This document shows positions 26,501 to 41,500 of a stretch of 64,000 bases of DNA, piece after piece. The position numbers and the translations under genes are program-made. Source of the DNA: Octopus bimaculoides (taxonomy: Eukaryota); assembly GCF_001194135.2 (NCBI RefSeq), contig NC_068985.1, positions 25,295,254-25,359,253 of the forward strand, written 5' to 3'. The notes under the pieces are model-generated. The model had not been told where the DNA came from. It was given only the letters and a program-made list of their open reading frames with translations, and ran no database searches. Within the stretch, counting starts at the first letter, position 1. Each line of letters starts with the position of its first letter.

Positions 26501-29500
26501 TCTGTAAAGCAGTTGGTGTTAGGAAGGGAGTCTTGGTTGTAGAAACTGCAGATCTTTGGCTCACCCACTCCAGTTGGGCCATCCAACCCATGCTATGGAA
26601 AACCTGTTAAATGATGCTGATAATGATGATTAAATACATATACTTCATGAGTGAAAGCATTTTTATTGGTCTGTGGTCCACTTTGTTTTAGCTATTTTTT
26701 CCAATTTTCAAATATTAACCTAATATTCTACAAGAATCACTTTATCATTGTTTTAACATCCACTGTTCTATGTTTGTATTTGTTGAAGCAGATTTTCTAT
26801 GGTTGGATGCCAATGTCATCAACTCTTACCTGTTTCCAAGTAGGCTAATATTTCCCCTAATCCTTTCAAACATGACCAGTGCAATAGTCAGACATATTTT
26901 CACAGAAGATTGCAAGTGAAGGACACCGTTTGTATGACAGTGTTTACTATTAGCAAGATGTCAGGAAAATGAGGCTTGAACTGTGCTTGCGCACTCACAC
27001 ATGCACCCAAGAAGCTTCATTCGGTTTCCATCTATTAAAACCACTCAAAGGGCTTGGGACTATAATAGAAAATTGTCGAAAATGCTGCACAGCAGACTGA
27101 CTCTGAAACCATGTGGTTGTGAAGTTAATTCTTAGCCACATAACCATACCTGCACTTATGTATATATGTTATTGGCACACACTCTACTGGTTGCAAATTT
27201 TATTTATGGGGCCTTGGAAACTTTTATAATTGTATAATCAAGTGAGCCTCTCGGGATTAATTTGAGAATATCAATCTACACAAAATACAAGTTTGGTTTG
27301 TGTGTAAAGCAAGTTGAATTGCGGAATTCTAAAGCTTAGATAAGACTGAAGAATTGTTGTGCTATTTAAACATTTACAACCAGTTATATTGGATAAATGG
27401 ATACCAGGACTTGTTTAGGTTGAAATTCAGTATATTCTAGACGAGCTAGGTACCTTAAATGAGCTGTTGAAACTTCAAGTTGCATAGGGCCAAATCAAAC
27501 TGTTTTAAATAATAGTTAGTTCTAGATAACAATTTTACAAAATTGAAAAAATTCATGCCGACAACAAAGAAGTAGAAATTACTTAGAATGTTGGTCCTGT
27601 GCATGGTATAGGGAAAAAAAAAACTTTGTTCCTTTAGTTTTATTTGTAAAGAAAAATGTCAATAACAACTTTATGGAATGAAGTTAAAGTAAACATGGTA
27701 TGATTATTTTTTACCCAAATTTTTGGTTGCAGATTTATTTCCTTTATTTGATGTTAGTCTTGTCTCTTCTGCACCTGATTTATATTACTATTAGTTATTT
27801 ATTCTCAGAATTTGTGAATTTTGTCACTTAGCTGAATAAATTTTCATTATTAGTTTAAAGAACTGGTATATACTCTGCCACTTACTCTATGATAAGTTAT
27901 AATACTTTTCTTTGGATAATTTTAAGAACATTTGTGATATATGCATACTTAATTTATGAAAACTTTTTCTTTCCATATCTAGTCTTGGGATGTGTATTTT
28001 CGAAATACAGCAAGGGGAGTTAGTTCTGCCTACATACGTCCACCTACATTAGGTGGAGCTCCAGTACCCACCAGTACAGAGATGGTGCCTGCTGCAGCTA
28101 TGCCCAGTGAGAAGATTATTGAACATCATCTCTCCGTGCAGTCGATTATCCGGTCTTATCAGGTGAGATTAATTTGTGGTTGATTTGTGCTTGTTTCTGC
28201 TTTTAAATGATGTAGAGTAGATAATTTGTTATCATCATCATCATCGTCAGAATAAAGCATTAATTGGTAACTTTTAAAATATGTTGGTTACTTTAATGTT
28301 TCTTTGTAAGAGTAGAGAGAGATGTTAATTTTTCCTTTGTTCATTGAGAACTTTTTCTTTTATTTAATTGAGAAATATATAACTTCAATCATTATGATAG
28401 TTAATTTAATAATATTTTATATACTTCACTCATTTCTAAAGCTTTAATTTGTAAAATTTAATTGTAAAGTTTTAAGTTAGCAGCTACATGCATATTTTGG
28501 TTTAAATCAGTCTTATAAAATTATAAAATCAATATTTCAAATGTTTCTCTTTTATTGTGTTGCATTTTTATTGCATTGTGATTAGCCAGTGCCATATCTG
28601 AGTTTGAAGAAAATTGCATTCATATCTGTTTTCTTTTTGATAACAGGTGATGATTGCTATTTTCTTGGAGTGGATAATTTTTATTTGATTTTAAAATAAT
28701 TGTTTTCGCATAAACACCTAGGAACATAACAAAAACCAACCATTTATTTTTCAGTTATTTCTACTAGAAACTTCTCTTAATTCAGCAAAACAAATATTTT
28801 CAGTTTTACTCATGCTTTTTAACTTTGTGATTTGTGATTATTAATGATCCTGATCAAATGTTTAGGTCCAATGTTTTATTGCAACAATTGTATATTTATA
28901 TCATTAACCAAAGTCTCTATTGACTGTTTTCTCCTCTGTTTTAAAAAAAATTGCTAGTCATAATTGAAATTCTTTGTTTTTGTCCCTAAAGAAATTTTCT
29001 TAATCTAGTTGTTGGAACTGTAAAATGGATAGTTAGCTTCCATTGTAAGAGTGAAAAATAGTCAGGAAATTGAAATATAATGAAGTTTCTTTATTTGTAT
29101 GGTTGTTAATGAAAGGCCTTGCTGTAGTAGAGACAAATTTCAAACAGGAATGTAGCTAAATGTTTTGATTGGACACGTGGGGAAAGAGAAGAGATACTGA
29201 GATTTGCTAAGATATATAATGTTAAGCTCAAGGCCTGAAATTTTGTGGGGAGGGTGTTAGTCGATTCTATCATCCCCAGTGCTCAACTGGTATTTATTTT
29301 ATTTTGTTGACTCTGAAAGGATGAAAGGTAATGTCAACTTCAGCAGAATTTGAACTCAGGATGTAAAGCCAGAAGAAATGCTGCAAAGTATTTTTTCCAG
29401 TGTGCTAACAATTCTGCCAGCCTGCTGCCTTGATAAGCTATATAATACTGAGAAATGTTTTCAAACACGCTGAAAAGAGCTAATCAGCTCAGATTTAGAA

Positions 29501-32500
29501 ATGTATTGCTTTATGCAAAAGCTGTTCAGCACTAAATCTCTCAAGAAAATTAAATATATATGTGTATAATGCTAAATTATACATTCTGGTGTTGAAAATA
29601 ATAGCTTCATGGCATAATTTATGATCTTTTACTTATTTCCAACCAAAGGGATGTATCTACGTTGAAGCATTGCATATATGTCCAATCAAACTTTATTTTA
29701 AAGCCAACTAAAAAATTTTTCCAGTCATTCTTTGAAATATATTATTTTCTGAAATGAATACACACCTCCTTTTAATGACTCTGAGGAAGCTTAAGGATGT
29801 TGCACAAGCATTGCTTCTTATAGCTGAAACAGCTGTAAGCTAATGAATTTGATTACATGATTTCTGTTCCCTTGTCATTCATTAATTAACTTAATATATA
29901 TTAATGTTTCATTTATTAAATGAGATTGTACCTCACAGAGGGAATGTGGCTGATGCCGGTGTCACGTAAAAAGCATCTTTTGAGCGTAAGGCCTCATGGA
30001 GGCAGTGACATGCTGTGCTTGAGTAGAAGACCCATTAAGCCAAGTGAAATCATAGTCACAGCAGATACTGGTGTCCTGCAACTGGCACCTGTATCGGTGG
30101 CACATGAAAGCACCCATTACATTCTCAGAGTGGTTGGCATTAGGAAGGGCATCCAGCCATAGAAAACCATGCCAAATCAGACTGGAGTCTGGTGCAGCCC
30201 CTCAGTTTACTAGTCCTGATCAAACCATCCAACCCATGCCAGCATGGACAACGAATGTTAAATGATGATGATAAGATTGCTATCCTGCATCATATCTGCT
30301 GTTATTTATTAAGAGCTTTGGTTATGCTCTGAGTTATATGCTTACTATAGTGTTTAAGCTGGTTTGGTTATGATTTTAGAGGCATGTGTGTATTCATTGA
30401 ATTATAACTCATAGATCAATTTGATACTTAATCCTGCATTTATTGTGATTTTGTAACATTTGGAATTGGCTGCAAATATATATGAATTTGAATTTTTTTG
30501 TGGAATATATTTTTTTATCTATTAATATCTTTTCTGTTTCTGAAACTCAAAATTGTTGAATTTTATAAGAATTAAAAATAAGGAACAAATACTGTAGTCA
30601 ACTATGAAATACTTGTACTCAACTTTAAATTGTCATTTGAAAATGAATATTGGCAATATTTCTCAGCTGTTACATTTATTCAATTCATTATTTAATTTTT
30701 TTTAGCAGTAATTTTCGTATTTCTTTCTATGTGTATTCCTCTATCATTTTTAAATGGACTCTTCAATCAGTGATAGTTAAAATTTTAACTAATGCTTAAT
30801 TTTTTTTTGCATGATTCAACTGTTATTTAAATTTATTTTATAACTAGCTTGTTGCGACTGAAGTAGCTCTTTCACTTTAAATTCCTGGTTTGGTGTCATT
30901 CTGTGTCTTGATTCTGATCTTCAATACTTACTGGCTGCACTTCATCTCAATGTGTATTTACATATTGTACCTGACTGTTTTTCCTTAACTATATTGTTTC
31001 GATGTCTAAATTCTAAAGCATTACATGTCTAATTTCAAGGAGAGTGGTCATGAAGAATTTCTTTCTGATTGTTCCTTGAATAAATGTACAGAAAACTTTT
31101 CAACTTCATATTCAGTGTATCAGTTGCAATCACCTCAGACCTGTAAAGTGCCTTTTCTTTACTTAGATTAGCAATAAAAAAATGTTTATCATGATTGAAA
31201 GAAAAGACAATGGCAAAGTGAAAAACCAGTTCCTTAAATAGAAAAGAAATCAATCAAAAATAGTACTCCAGTCTAGTTCATTTTAATATTGTATTAACAT
31301 TTTTATACAATATTTTAAAAAGATAATTAAGCTTTGACTCGTGTGTTACACACCGAGATGGTAATTTGTCAGCAATTTAGCTTAGGCTATTTTATTTGTT
31401 TTCAATTTTGAATTAATAAATACTGACTTAAATAATCTTTTAGCATTCTTGTTTAACCTTTCTTATTTTATTGCATAATTGTTCACAAGAACATTATAAA
31501 TTTGATTACAGTAAAACTGTTGTTCTGAACTCAAGTAGTTAATCACCATTTTATTTAATCTGATATTATAGTTTGTGTTAGGAAGAATATTTAACTTGAA
31601 GTGTATGCTTCATATGCACTTGTAGATTTGCAGACTCATCTAACATACACCAACTTGGAAAAAAAATACAAACATTGACAATTAAAGCTCAATTTTTATT
31701 TGTTTATTAGCTCATTACGTTTTTGTCGTTATTACTTTGGGTGTATATTTGATATAAATTATGCATTCACAATATATTACAAATGCTTGCAAAATGTGTA
31801 CCAAAACAAAGGTAAGTGGTTGGAAAGTCATATAACTTTGTGTTAGCATAGAATATATTTTAATATATAATCTGGGTTTATTCAGTTTGTACCTAGTAAA
31901 ATAAGTATTGAGAAAGAGATATCACTTGAAGTCCATGAATAAGACAACACTTAAACGTCTTAGAATGTATTGCTTGTTTATTTTCGTGTAAGAGAATTTT
32001 CAAACCAGTAACCATTATTACAAATAACAGTATACCCAATATTCACTGCATACTACTGATAACCACCTATTTCACAAAGATATGGAAGCCTGATAAAAGC
32101 TTTTTCTAGCTCTGTCAGTGAGTGGAATTAGTACACTGTAAGTAACAAGTTAGGTTTTTTTTTTCACTGAGGTATTTTGAATATATTTTAAATATATTTA
32201 TTTATGTGCCCTTTTAAAGCCTAGCCAGGCTCATGGGCCTGGTTTCTATGGTGTATGTGTTGCCCCCAGCTGGAGGGAACGCCAGTCCATCGCAGCTTTA
32301 CTCAAGAAACCGGAAGAAAGAGTGAGAGAAAGTTGTGGTGAAAGAATACAACAGGGGTCGTCACCACTCCCTGCCAGAGCCTTGTGGAGCTTTAGGTGTT
32401 TTCGCTCGATAAACACACACAACGCCCAGTCTGGGAATCGAAACCGCAATCTTCCGACCATGAGTCTGCTGCCCTAACCACTGAGCCATTGCGCCTCATT

Positions 32501-35500
32501 TTAAATATAACTTAAATTTAGAATCAACCAAGAATAGTATCTAGAAAGAAACTTTCTCTTATAGAATGATTATTTTTTAACCTTTATGATAATGATGATT
32601 AAAATTGCTATTTGATCTCAACTGCTATTCACTCATTTCTCATTATAGTTTTTCATATTAAGCAATAAGTTCTAATTTCACTTACAAATCATCCCAACTC
32701 ATTAATTTCGTTTAATAATGTCCATATGGAAATTGAATAAAATAACGGGAAGGGATTATCTGTAACCACTTATAGTATCTTTAATAAAAACTTTTACTTC
32801 ACTTGAGTTTTTTGTTCAAGTCTTCTGATATTTTTACTTGGAATAGCTGTTGATTACAATCATTTAAAATACACTTTAAAGTTGTAGTGTTTTTAAATTT
32901 GGTTATTAGCATTCTGGACCATATGTGAAAGAAAGTTGTCTTATTAAGAAGCCTTCTTATTTAAAAAGGGATATTCTAAATGTTAGTATGGCATATTGAT
33001 ATTAAAGGTCATATTTAGAATGCCAGTCAAACAGTGAAGTTGGACTAAGAATGACACACCAAGCATATCTGCATACCTAATGTACTGGAAAATTTAGTTT
33101 TGGCTTACAGCTTCTCAAAGAAAAAATATCTCACCAACACCCTTTGGAACTGTTCACAATAAAACCCTTCCTTTATCATCATCATTGTCATTGCTTAACA
33201 TCCGCTTTCCATGCTGACATGGGTTGGACGGCTTGACTGAGGGCTGGCAAGCTGGGAGGCAGCACCAGGCTCAATCTGATTTGCCCTTCCAAATGACAAC
33301 CACTCTGCAAGTGTAGTGGGTGCTTTTTATGTGCCACCCGAATGGGAGCCAAGTCAGGTGGCACTGGCATCAGCCACACTTGAATGGTGCTTTTTATGTG
33401 CATTCCAGGTGGCACTAGCATCAGTCATGCCTGAATGCTGCTTTTCATGTGCCAGTCAGGCAACACTGGCATCGGTCACACTTGAACGTTGCTCTTTACA
33501 TGTCACCGGCATGGATGCCAGTCAGGTGGCACTGGCATCGGCTACACTTGAATGGTGCTTTTTATGTGTCACTGGCACAGGTGCTAGTCAGATGGCACTG
33601 ACATCATCCTTGGCAACGATTTCTCTTGGTTCAACACATCTTCACAAGTGCAGCATATTACCTAATGATTGAAGGGTACTTTTAAATGGACCAGTTATGC
33701 TACACTAGCATCATCCACAGCTACCATCTCACTTGATTTGCCAGGTCTTCTCAAGCACAGCATATCTCCAAAGATCTCGGTTGCTTGTCATTACCTCTGT
33801 TTGGCCCAACATTTGAAGGTTGTGCTCCACCACCTCATCCCAAGTCTTCCTGGGTCTACCTCTTCCACAGGTTCCCTCCACTGTTAGGGTGTGATACTTC
33901 TTCACACAGCTGTCCTCATCTGTACATAACATATGACCACACCAGTGCAGTCGTCTCTCTTGCACACCACATCTGATGCTTCTTATGCTTAACTTTTCTC
34001 TTAGGGCACTTACACTCTGTCATGTGTGTGCACACTGACATTACACATCCAGCAGAGCATACTTGCTTCATTTCTTTGAAGCATACACATATCCTCAGCA
34101 GTCATAGCCCATATTTCACTACCGTGTAGCATGGCTGTTTACACACGGGCATTATACAGTTTACCTTTCACTCTGAGCGAGAGGTCCTTTGTTACCAGCA
34201 GAAGTAGGAGCTCTCTGAACTTTGCCCAAGCTATTCTTATTCTGGCAGCTACGCTCTCAGAGCATTCACCCCTACTACTCACTTGGTCACCTAGGTAATG
34301 TATAGAAAAACTCAGTTTGTATGATTTCTTTTTGTATGGGCAATTAGGATATTTATTTTGGAGGTTTCAGTAGGGAGTCTATCACATTGTATCTATCTAG
34401 TCTGCTTTGGTACCTTTCCTCTTTCAACTTTATATCCTTATTGAGCCTCTCCCCATGTTTCACAATCAAATTCTCAAAATTGTGTGGGTATCTAAGCAAC
34501 TATGGAGAAAGTGTACCTTGAGGCTCATATTAGCACACACACTTCTGAAGTATTGAGCATCTTTTGGTTTTATGAACATAAATTTTTTAAAAAAATCTTT
34601 TGTAGAGCAGTGCAACCATGTATCATTATAACTTATATTTTAGGACACCAGGACTATATTTCAGGACAAGTGGTCAAAAGTTTATTCTCAAACTAATATT
34701 TTATGGTAATATATAAAGCTGTTACTTATAATTTTCTATTAGTTCTTTTGAGATGACAATTATTTTGATTCTAGTACTTGAGTGTTGTTTATTTTATTGG
34801 CCATGGAAGGATAAAAGGCAAAGTCAACCCAGAAGGATTTGAAGTATATACTGCATGGCAGTTTGTCTGTTGCTCTATTGATTTTGCTCTAATTATAATA
34901 AATACATGAATTTAAAAGTAAAACAATGTTTATCAGCAGAATGATGTCTGAACTTTGAAAATCCATCATGTACGTAAATGAAACTGTACATAACTAAAAC
35001 AAGTTTTATAGGTTGTAAAGATGTTGATATGAGAGACATCCCACATATAACACTTTTTGCTGAAGTACTTTTAGATATCTCAAGAACAATCTGAGTCAAG
35101 TCCTCTATAAGATTATTACCTTATTTTTTTACTATTAACCTGTTTATTTGAAATATGAAAAATTGTGACTTGTTAACCTATAATTTATATAAGAGGAATC
35201 TAGATTTGACTATATTTCAATTGTGTACATCTAGTTTTTGATTATTTCATTTTTATTGAGTAGGATCGACGACTTTGCTTTATTCTCAACATATACAAAT
35301 GGAATGTTCTTTTGAATTGCTATGTTCATCTTTTTTCTTTCAAAGCATTGCATTTCAAACAGTTTGGTTACCGTTCTGTGTCAAGTGCTATATATAAATC
35401 TGTGGGATGTACTCAGTGTATATCTTGGTTACAATATATGAAGGAGATTAATGTGAAGCAATGAAATTTTAGAAAACAAACTATCAGCAGTGTTAAGTTT

Positions 35501-38500
35501 TTTTTTTTCATATTTTATTGGTGTCTAAATTTTAAATGTTTATAATTTTCTTTACACTTGTCACTTAGACCATATGAAATTCATTTATGAAAAAAAAGAA
35601 AAGAGATAGATTCCAAAGTAAATCTTTTATGATTGAAGATTGCTTCTGATTTTCTTGCATAATTTGATGCAGTCTAAAACAACTGGAAGTTGAAATTTAG
35701 GTTTATAGTTGAATATCTCTGGGCCACAGATCTGCTGTTTCCCCACCCTGCCTTTTCTTTAGCTACTATGACTTCTACCCCTTGGAGCTAGTTGCATTCA
35801 GGCCTATCCAACTCACATGTCTCCCTATTCTTTTTGCCTCCCTTTTCCCCTTCCTCTCAAGCCTTGCATTAACCACTACTTCTCCCAGTCCTATGTCCCC
35901 AGCACATTAGTCCTTTGAATTTTCCCAGTAGCCATCAACTTTTAGCTGCTCAAGATGAGCAGCTACTATGTTAATTTCGCTGGTCCCAGAGAGTCTGTGA
36001 GGGCTTCTTTAAGACCAACTCATTAAAAAAATTCACTAGATATTTAGTTTTGATAGTATACTACAGAAATATTCCCAATATTCGTTTGTTTTTGTTTCAG
36101 AATTTATGAAGAACCAGAAAAATTTAATCAGTGGCTGGATTGATATATTTTGTTTGTTTGTTGTCGATAGCATTTCTTAACTCTTAACAGTATGTCGGAC
36201 TTTTTCCTGTGAAAGTCAAACTTGCATGTTATTTTTGAATTTTCCATGAAAGTTTTATTTTCCCAGTTTTTCAGCTACAATGTTTGTCAAGCATATTTGA
36301 TTGTCCTTGTGTGAGGGAACTTTTCAAATACATGCACAATATCATCAGGATATACAGTGTTTAATGTAGGACCTCATCTTTGTAAAGAGGCAGATACCAT
36401 GCCAATGGTTGTAGACTGTGTATTAGTATACTGATGTGTTTCACTTTTGAGAAGTTGTTTAGCATGATGAAACCATATATTTGTTGTGTGTGTAGTGTTA
36501 TTATTTGGATGAGTTTCTATTAGCTATTTAGTGAACGTCTTAGTTTTAGCTGCTAGTAACAAAATTGCTCATTGTGATCAAGCAACAATATTTTTCAGTT
36601 TTGCAATAAATTGAAACTTGTTTGTGGAACAGTTGTCATTGCTGATCTGATATGTTTATTTCATTAAACTTAAGTGATGTTAAGGTGAAACTTTCACTCA
36701 GTGTTAAAGTTTCAAATTATTGTAGACACTGATGAAATGCTGAATAAATGAGGACTGATTCCTTTATTGCATTTAAGTGTTATTTACTGAAATTTGATAT
36801 TCGTTGAATTTCATACATGCAATATAGTGGACAAACTCTTCATAGAAGAACTCATTCAATTTGAGTAAGATAGTCTTACTCAGTCTTTAGATTTAGTGCT
36901 TATGTCTTTTAAAATGCACATTTTCAAGTGCTAAAACATTGTTTTAAGCATTAACAATATTGATGTCTTTATCTTCTGTTGCATTTAGTGTAAAAGGTGG
37001 CAAAGATTCATTAATGCACTTTTTGAATAGAAAATTTTAAATGCAATCTAGTAGTTGATGAAACTATAAGGCTAAATCTGCCTTAATGTTTTTAAGAAAT
37101 ACTGTGACCAACATTGGTGTGCTAAATAATTTAAGAGAGGTACTATTTTTTTTTTGTAGTGCAATTTTTACTGTGTAATTTTTACTGTGTAATTTTTACA
37201 TTGACCTATATCATACTTGAGGTCTCTGAAACCAATACAACACTGAAATGACATCCTGTTTTTCACAACATAAGTGTTTATCTATTATCTGTACTTTTGC
37301 AAGATTTCTACCTCATAAAAAAACAGAAACTCTTAGCTTGGATTGGTTGAGATTTTCCCAATGTTTTTATATTCTATTTAGTGATATTCTTACAATAATT
37401 CAGATTATTTATTTTTGTCATCAAATGTATCTCCCTCCTTATTAACTTGCATAACTCTTAAAAACTGTAAATATTGGGTCATCCCACAAATTATGTGTTT
37501 TTTTTAATACTTTTATTTTTCAAAATTAAGATAAACAAAGTTCTTATACCCCCCCTTCATTTTCTACAACGCTCTTCTATCTATCTGGTAGACTTGTAGG
37601 GTCACACATTCTCTCTTGCAAAGTTTGTGAGGAACCTATTGATCCAGTTTGCTGACTTTTTTCATGGTATGCAGGTGAATGGTTGAATAACCAAATCCAA
37701 GCTTCTCTGCTGGTTCCTCAACAGTTACAGTGGGATTTTGTTCCACCAGGGTTTGTAGGACGGCTTCATCAAGCTCAACAGATTTTCCAGGACGAGCCTC
37801 ATCATCTAGGCTGTAGTTTCCGGCTCAGAGTTTCCTTGCACTTTCCGTTGCGTTGTTGCCTTCATTGAGCTTATAAAGCAAAACATGCCGAATATACTCC
37901 TTTGTCACTTCCATTATAGCTTTAAAAAAAATAACTGTTAAAATCGAACTGCACTGTTCAAAACTTGCACTAAGAATAAGTACAAGGTAAAATTACCACC
38001 TGTTTTTATAGCAAGTTGATGCAGGTAGTTTATCCTGTCCCCCTCCAACTTTCAGTTCATGCAGTTGGAAACAACGCATTATTTATGGGATGACCCAATA
38101 TATTATATGGAATATTTTGTCAAACTTACTCTTGACATGTATAATATGTATGTTCTTACAAATATGCATATATGCACACACATACACACACACACTGTTT
38201 ATTTAAAATAAACAAAAAACCATAGTTTATACTTTTGTTATCTATTAAAAGGAGGAGAGCTAAATACTTGGTTCCTTACACCATATTCTGTAGATAAAAC
38301 TGTATGTCTGTTCGTTTTATCTTTCCTTTTCAAACAGATTCGTGGCCATAATGTAGCTAAATTGGATCCTTTAGGAATTGCTTCTGCAGATTTAGATTCT
38401 GAGACTCCACCAGAGCTAATTCTGACAAACTATGGATTGGGTATGTATTGAGAGCCACTGTAGGATATGTAACAATTTTTTTGGTTACAATTTTCAAATG

Positions 38501-41500
38501 TTTCTTTCTTACATTACCTCCACATTGAATTCCTCAACTGATACTGCTGTAAAAAAAAAAAAAAATAGTTGCAATATATTCTAAATGAAAATATTGCTAA
38601 TGATAATTTCAAATATTGTTTTATGCATTTAAATAATAATAATAGTAATCATCATTATTCAATGTTGATGATAATAAAATAATCATGCTGGCATGGGCTG
38701 GACTGTTTGACAGGATCCAACGTAGTGTGTTAGTAGAGTGAGAGCTGTATGGTGGTGGAGAAATAGAGATAATTTGGTGGCTCAGAGGGATAATTGGTGT
38801 AAAATATGGGTAGAGATAATAGTTTAAGGATGAAGAATGGATATCAAGTGAAATGTTTAGAGAGATGATGGGCAGTGGGAGTATCTTGAAGAGGATGTTG
38901 GGCAAAGGGCCTAGTTGTGCATAAACTGGCACTCTGCTATGGTGATGAGAGTTCCAGTTGGTCCAATCAATGGAACAGCCTGAAATTAATGTGCAAGTAG
39001 CTATCTCTCCTTGGACATGCAAACCCTTAACACACTTCTCACAGAGATTCAGTGTAACAAGGCTGACCATTTGAATTACAGGTACAGTTGATTTTTGCCA
39101 GGTGGGTGGACTGGAGCAATGTGAAATAATGTGTCTTGCTGAAGGACACAATGCACTGCTAGTAACCAAATTCACTACCTTATGATCATGAGACAAATAG
39201 TCTAATCACTAAGCCATAAGCTTTCAGAACTTAGTTTTGCAGATTTGGGTGGGTCTTCTTGAGACCTGCATATCAGCACTCGTCCCAGTCCTTTATCACC
39301 ACTTCATTCTCTGTCTTCCTGGATTCTTCTGTGAACTCTGATCCTCATACTGCACGACATTTGCAATTCTCTTCCTTTCTACCTCACCTTTAACCAAATA
39401 TACTTGTCACCTAGCTGTCCTTTTAGTCATTTGGTAATGCTGCCTGCTACCACCTTTCTTCTAGGTTTTCCAAGCCTGTTTCTTACCCCTTATGAATCAC
39501 ATAACAAAAATAGGATATACTCTATATTGCTGGAAATATGAGTTTTGTATCCCACCATTCCTTTATTAGAGGACAGTCTTTTTCCTAGTTGGTAGTAGAA
39601 TTTAAATGTCTTTTGTGCAGTGCCCAAGCGGGGTCTTGTTTTATATAAGGAGTCATATTGTTCTCCCTCATGTACTGTTACGCTGATATCTTGTATAGGT
39701 AAATATTGACAAAACTTTAAAAATTACATTCTGGTTTTGATACTGGAGATACAAAGGCTCACTAATGGTTTCTGTTTCGGTTAATCCGGGGTAGCTTCTT
39801 AATTCTCATTGTTATATTTACTGCAAAAATGCTGAATTTGGTTCAGATATTAAAGATATTTAAAAGTCTGTTTACATTTTACCTATAGGTTTCTTCCAAG
39901 AAGTTTCAAAGAGAAACTCCATCCTAACTGTTATAGGAGGCACAAGCACTTTCACACACATGTATACATGCGATGGACACTTCTGCTTTCCAAATTCACT
40001 CAACAAGGCTTCAGTTGGCCTGAGGCTATAGCAGAAGACACTTGCCCAAGGTACCACTTAGTGGGACTGAATCCCAAACCATGTGATTGAGAAGCAAGCT
40101 TCCTAACCACACAGCCTATTTAAACATTTTTAACTCCATTGTGTTTCCAGAATAAATTCAGTTTTGCTGCCATAATTGCTATCACTATTGGAAATAGATA
40201 TATTTCATTCCTTTATTCCAACACATGTTTTTAATTTGAATAGCCTTTAAATTTGTTATTACTTCTGAATGTAAAGCTGGTATCTAATTGTTTCAAATAT
40301 GGAAAAAAGTTTTCGAATAGATAACAATGTCAGAAGAAATATCAAAAAAATATTTAGAATTTTTATGTTTCTACCTGTGACAGGCCTTCCATCCTTACCA
40401 CTGCCTCTTTAGAAATAAACTTGATTCATTCCCTTTGCAGTTACTGTTTAAGGAAATCCTAATCTGAGTCTGCTGTCACTATATATGTATATGTTTCACG
40501 AGTACATATATCTGAATGTATGTATGTGTGTGTATTTGTACAGACATACACACACACATACATTGCCAATGCTCTCTATGGTTATTGCTGTGTATCCCCT
40601 TTTGTCCACCTATTAGTGCTAGCTAGGCAGTTCCCATCACCTGTGCTTGACCCTGATCGTGACAATCCATCCAAATCATGACAGCATAGAAAGTGAACAT
40701 ACAATAATGGTGTTGTACAGCAAGTGTCTGTCTAGTTAAATTAGTATAGTAACAATTTTTATGTTGATATGAATAAGTATTTATGTGCAGTATCAAACAG
40801 GCTGGTAATTTAGGATGGTGAAAAATTTTGGATACTGTCAAATGCGAAAGTGTTAAGTAGTAATGTATAAAATTGTGGTATGGTTATTGCCAATTTTAGT
40901 TTTACATTCGTATTGATCTATTCATAAGATTACACAGTTAATGGCAGTCCTTTGAAATTTTTGGTTGATATTAATTACTGTGCATATCGAGTTTGTATCT
41001 TTATTGTATCTATATAAACTTTATATATTTTCATTTGGAAGTTTTTGTTTTTACTGCAGTAAACAGTGCAAGGATTCATACAATGTAATGTAAATTATTT
41101 AACAAATGGTTTTATTCCAGGGAATAATAAAGGCTGAATAAAAGATCCTACCACCTATTTACAGAATTTTTGATTTGTAAAGATATTCTTTGTAATTTCA
41201 CATTCAAAACTTGAAATAATGGTTAAGTAAAACTTGCGGATGAAATTGTTAAATAGTAATTGACTCCAAATACATATTACTTTTATGCTAAAGTTACTTC
41301 TATTTAAATTTTTCTTTTTTGCTTCTGCGCAGCTTACTTCTTTTTTAAAAACTTGGTTTCATTGAAAAGAATATACTTTTATAAAAATAAGCATTAATTT
41401 TTTACTAAAGGAATTTGTATAAGAAATTATTGAAATATTATAATCAAAAATTTAATAATAGGTAGTAATATCTTTTATACACACATATATTTGTGCATGT

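Noticed and set aside
32430-32497. tRNA gene
   Set aside because: It has A and B boxes but continues into a SINE body with a tail and TSD, so it is a tRNA-derived SINE head.
33320-33620. CRISPR-like repeat-spacer pattern (also 21157-21249)
   Set aside because: Degenerate tandem subunits of a LINE 3' UTR or a minisatellite, with no unique spacers, in eukaryotic intronic DNA.
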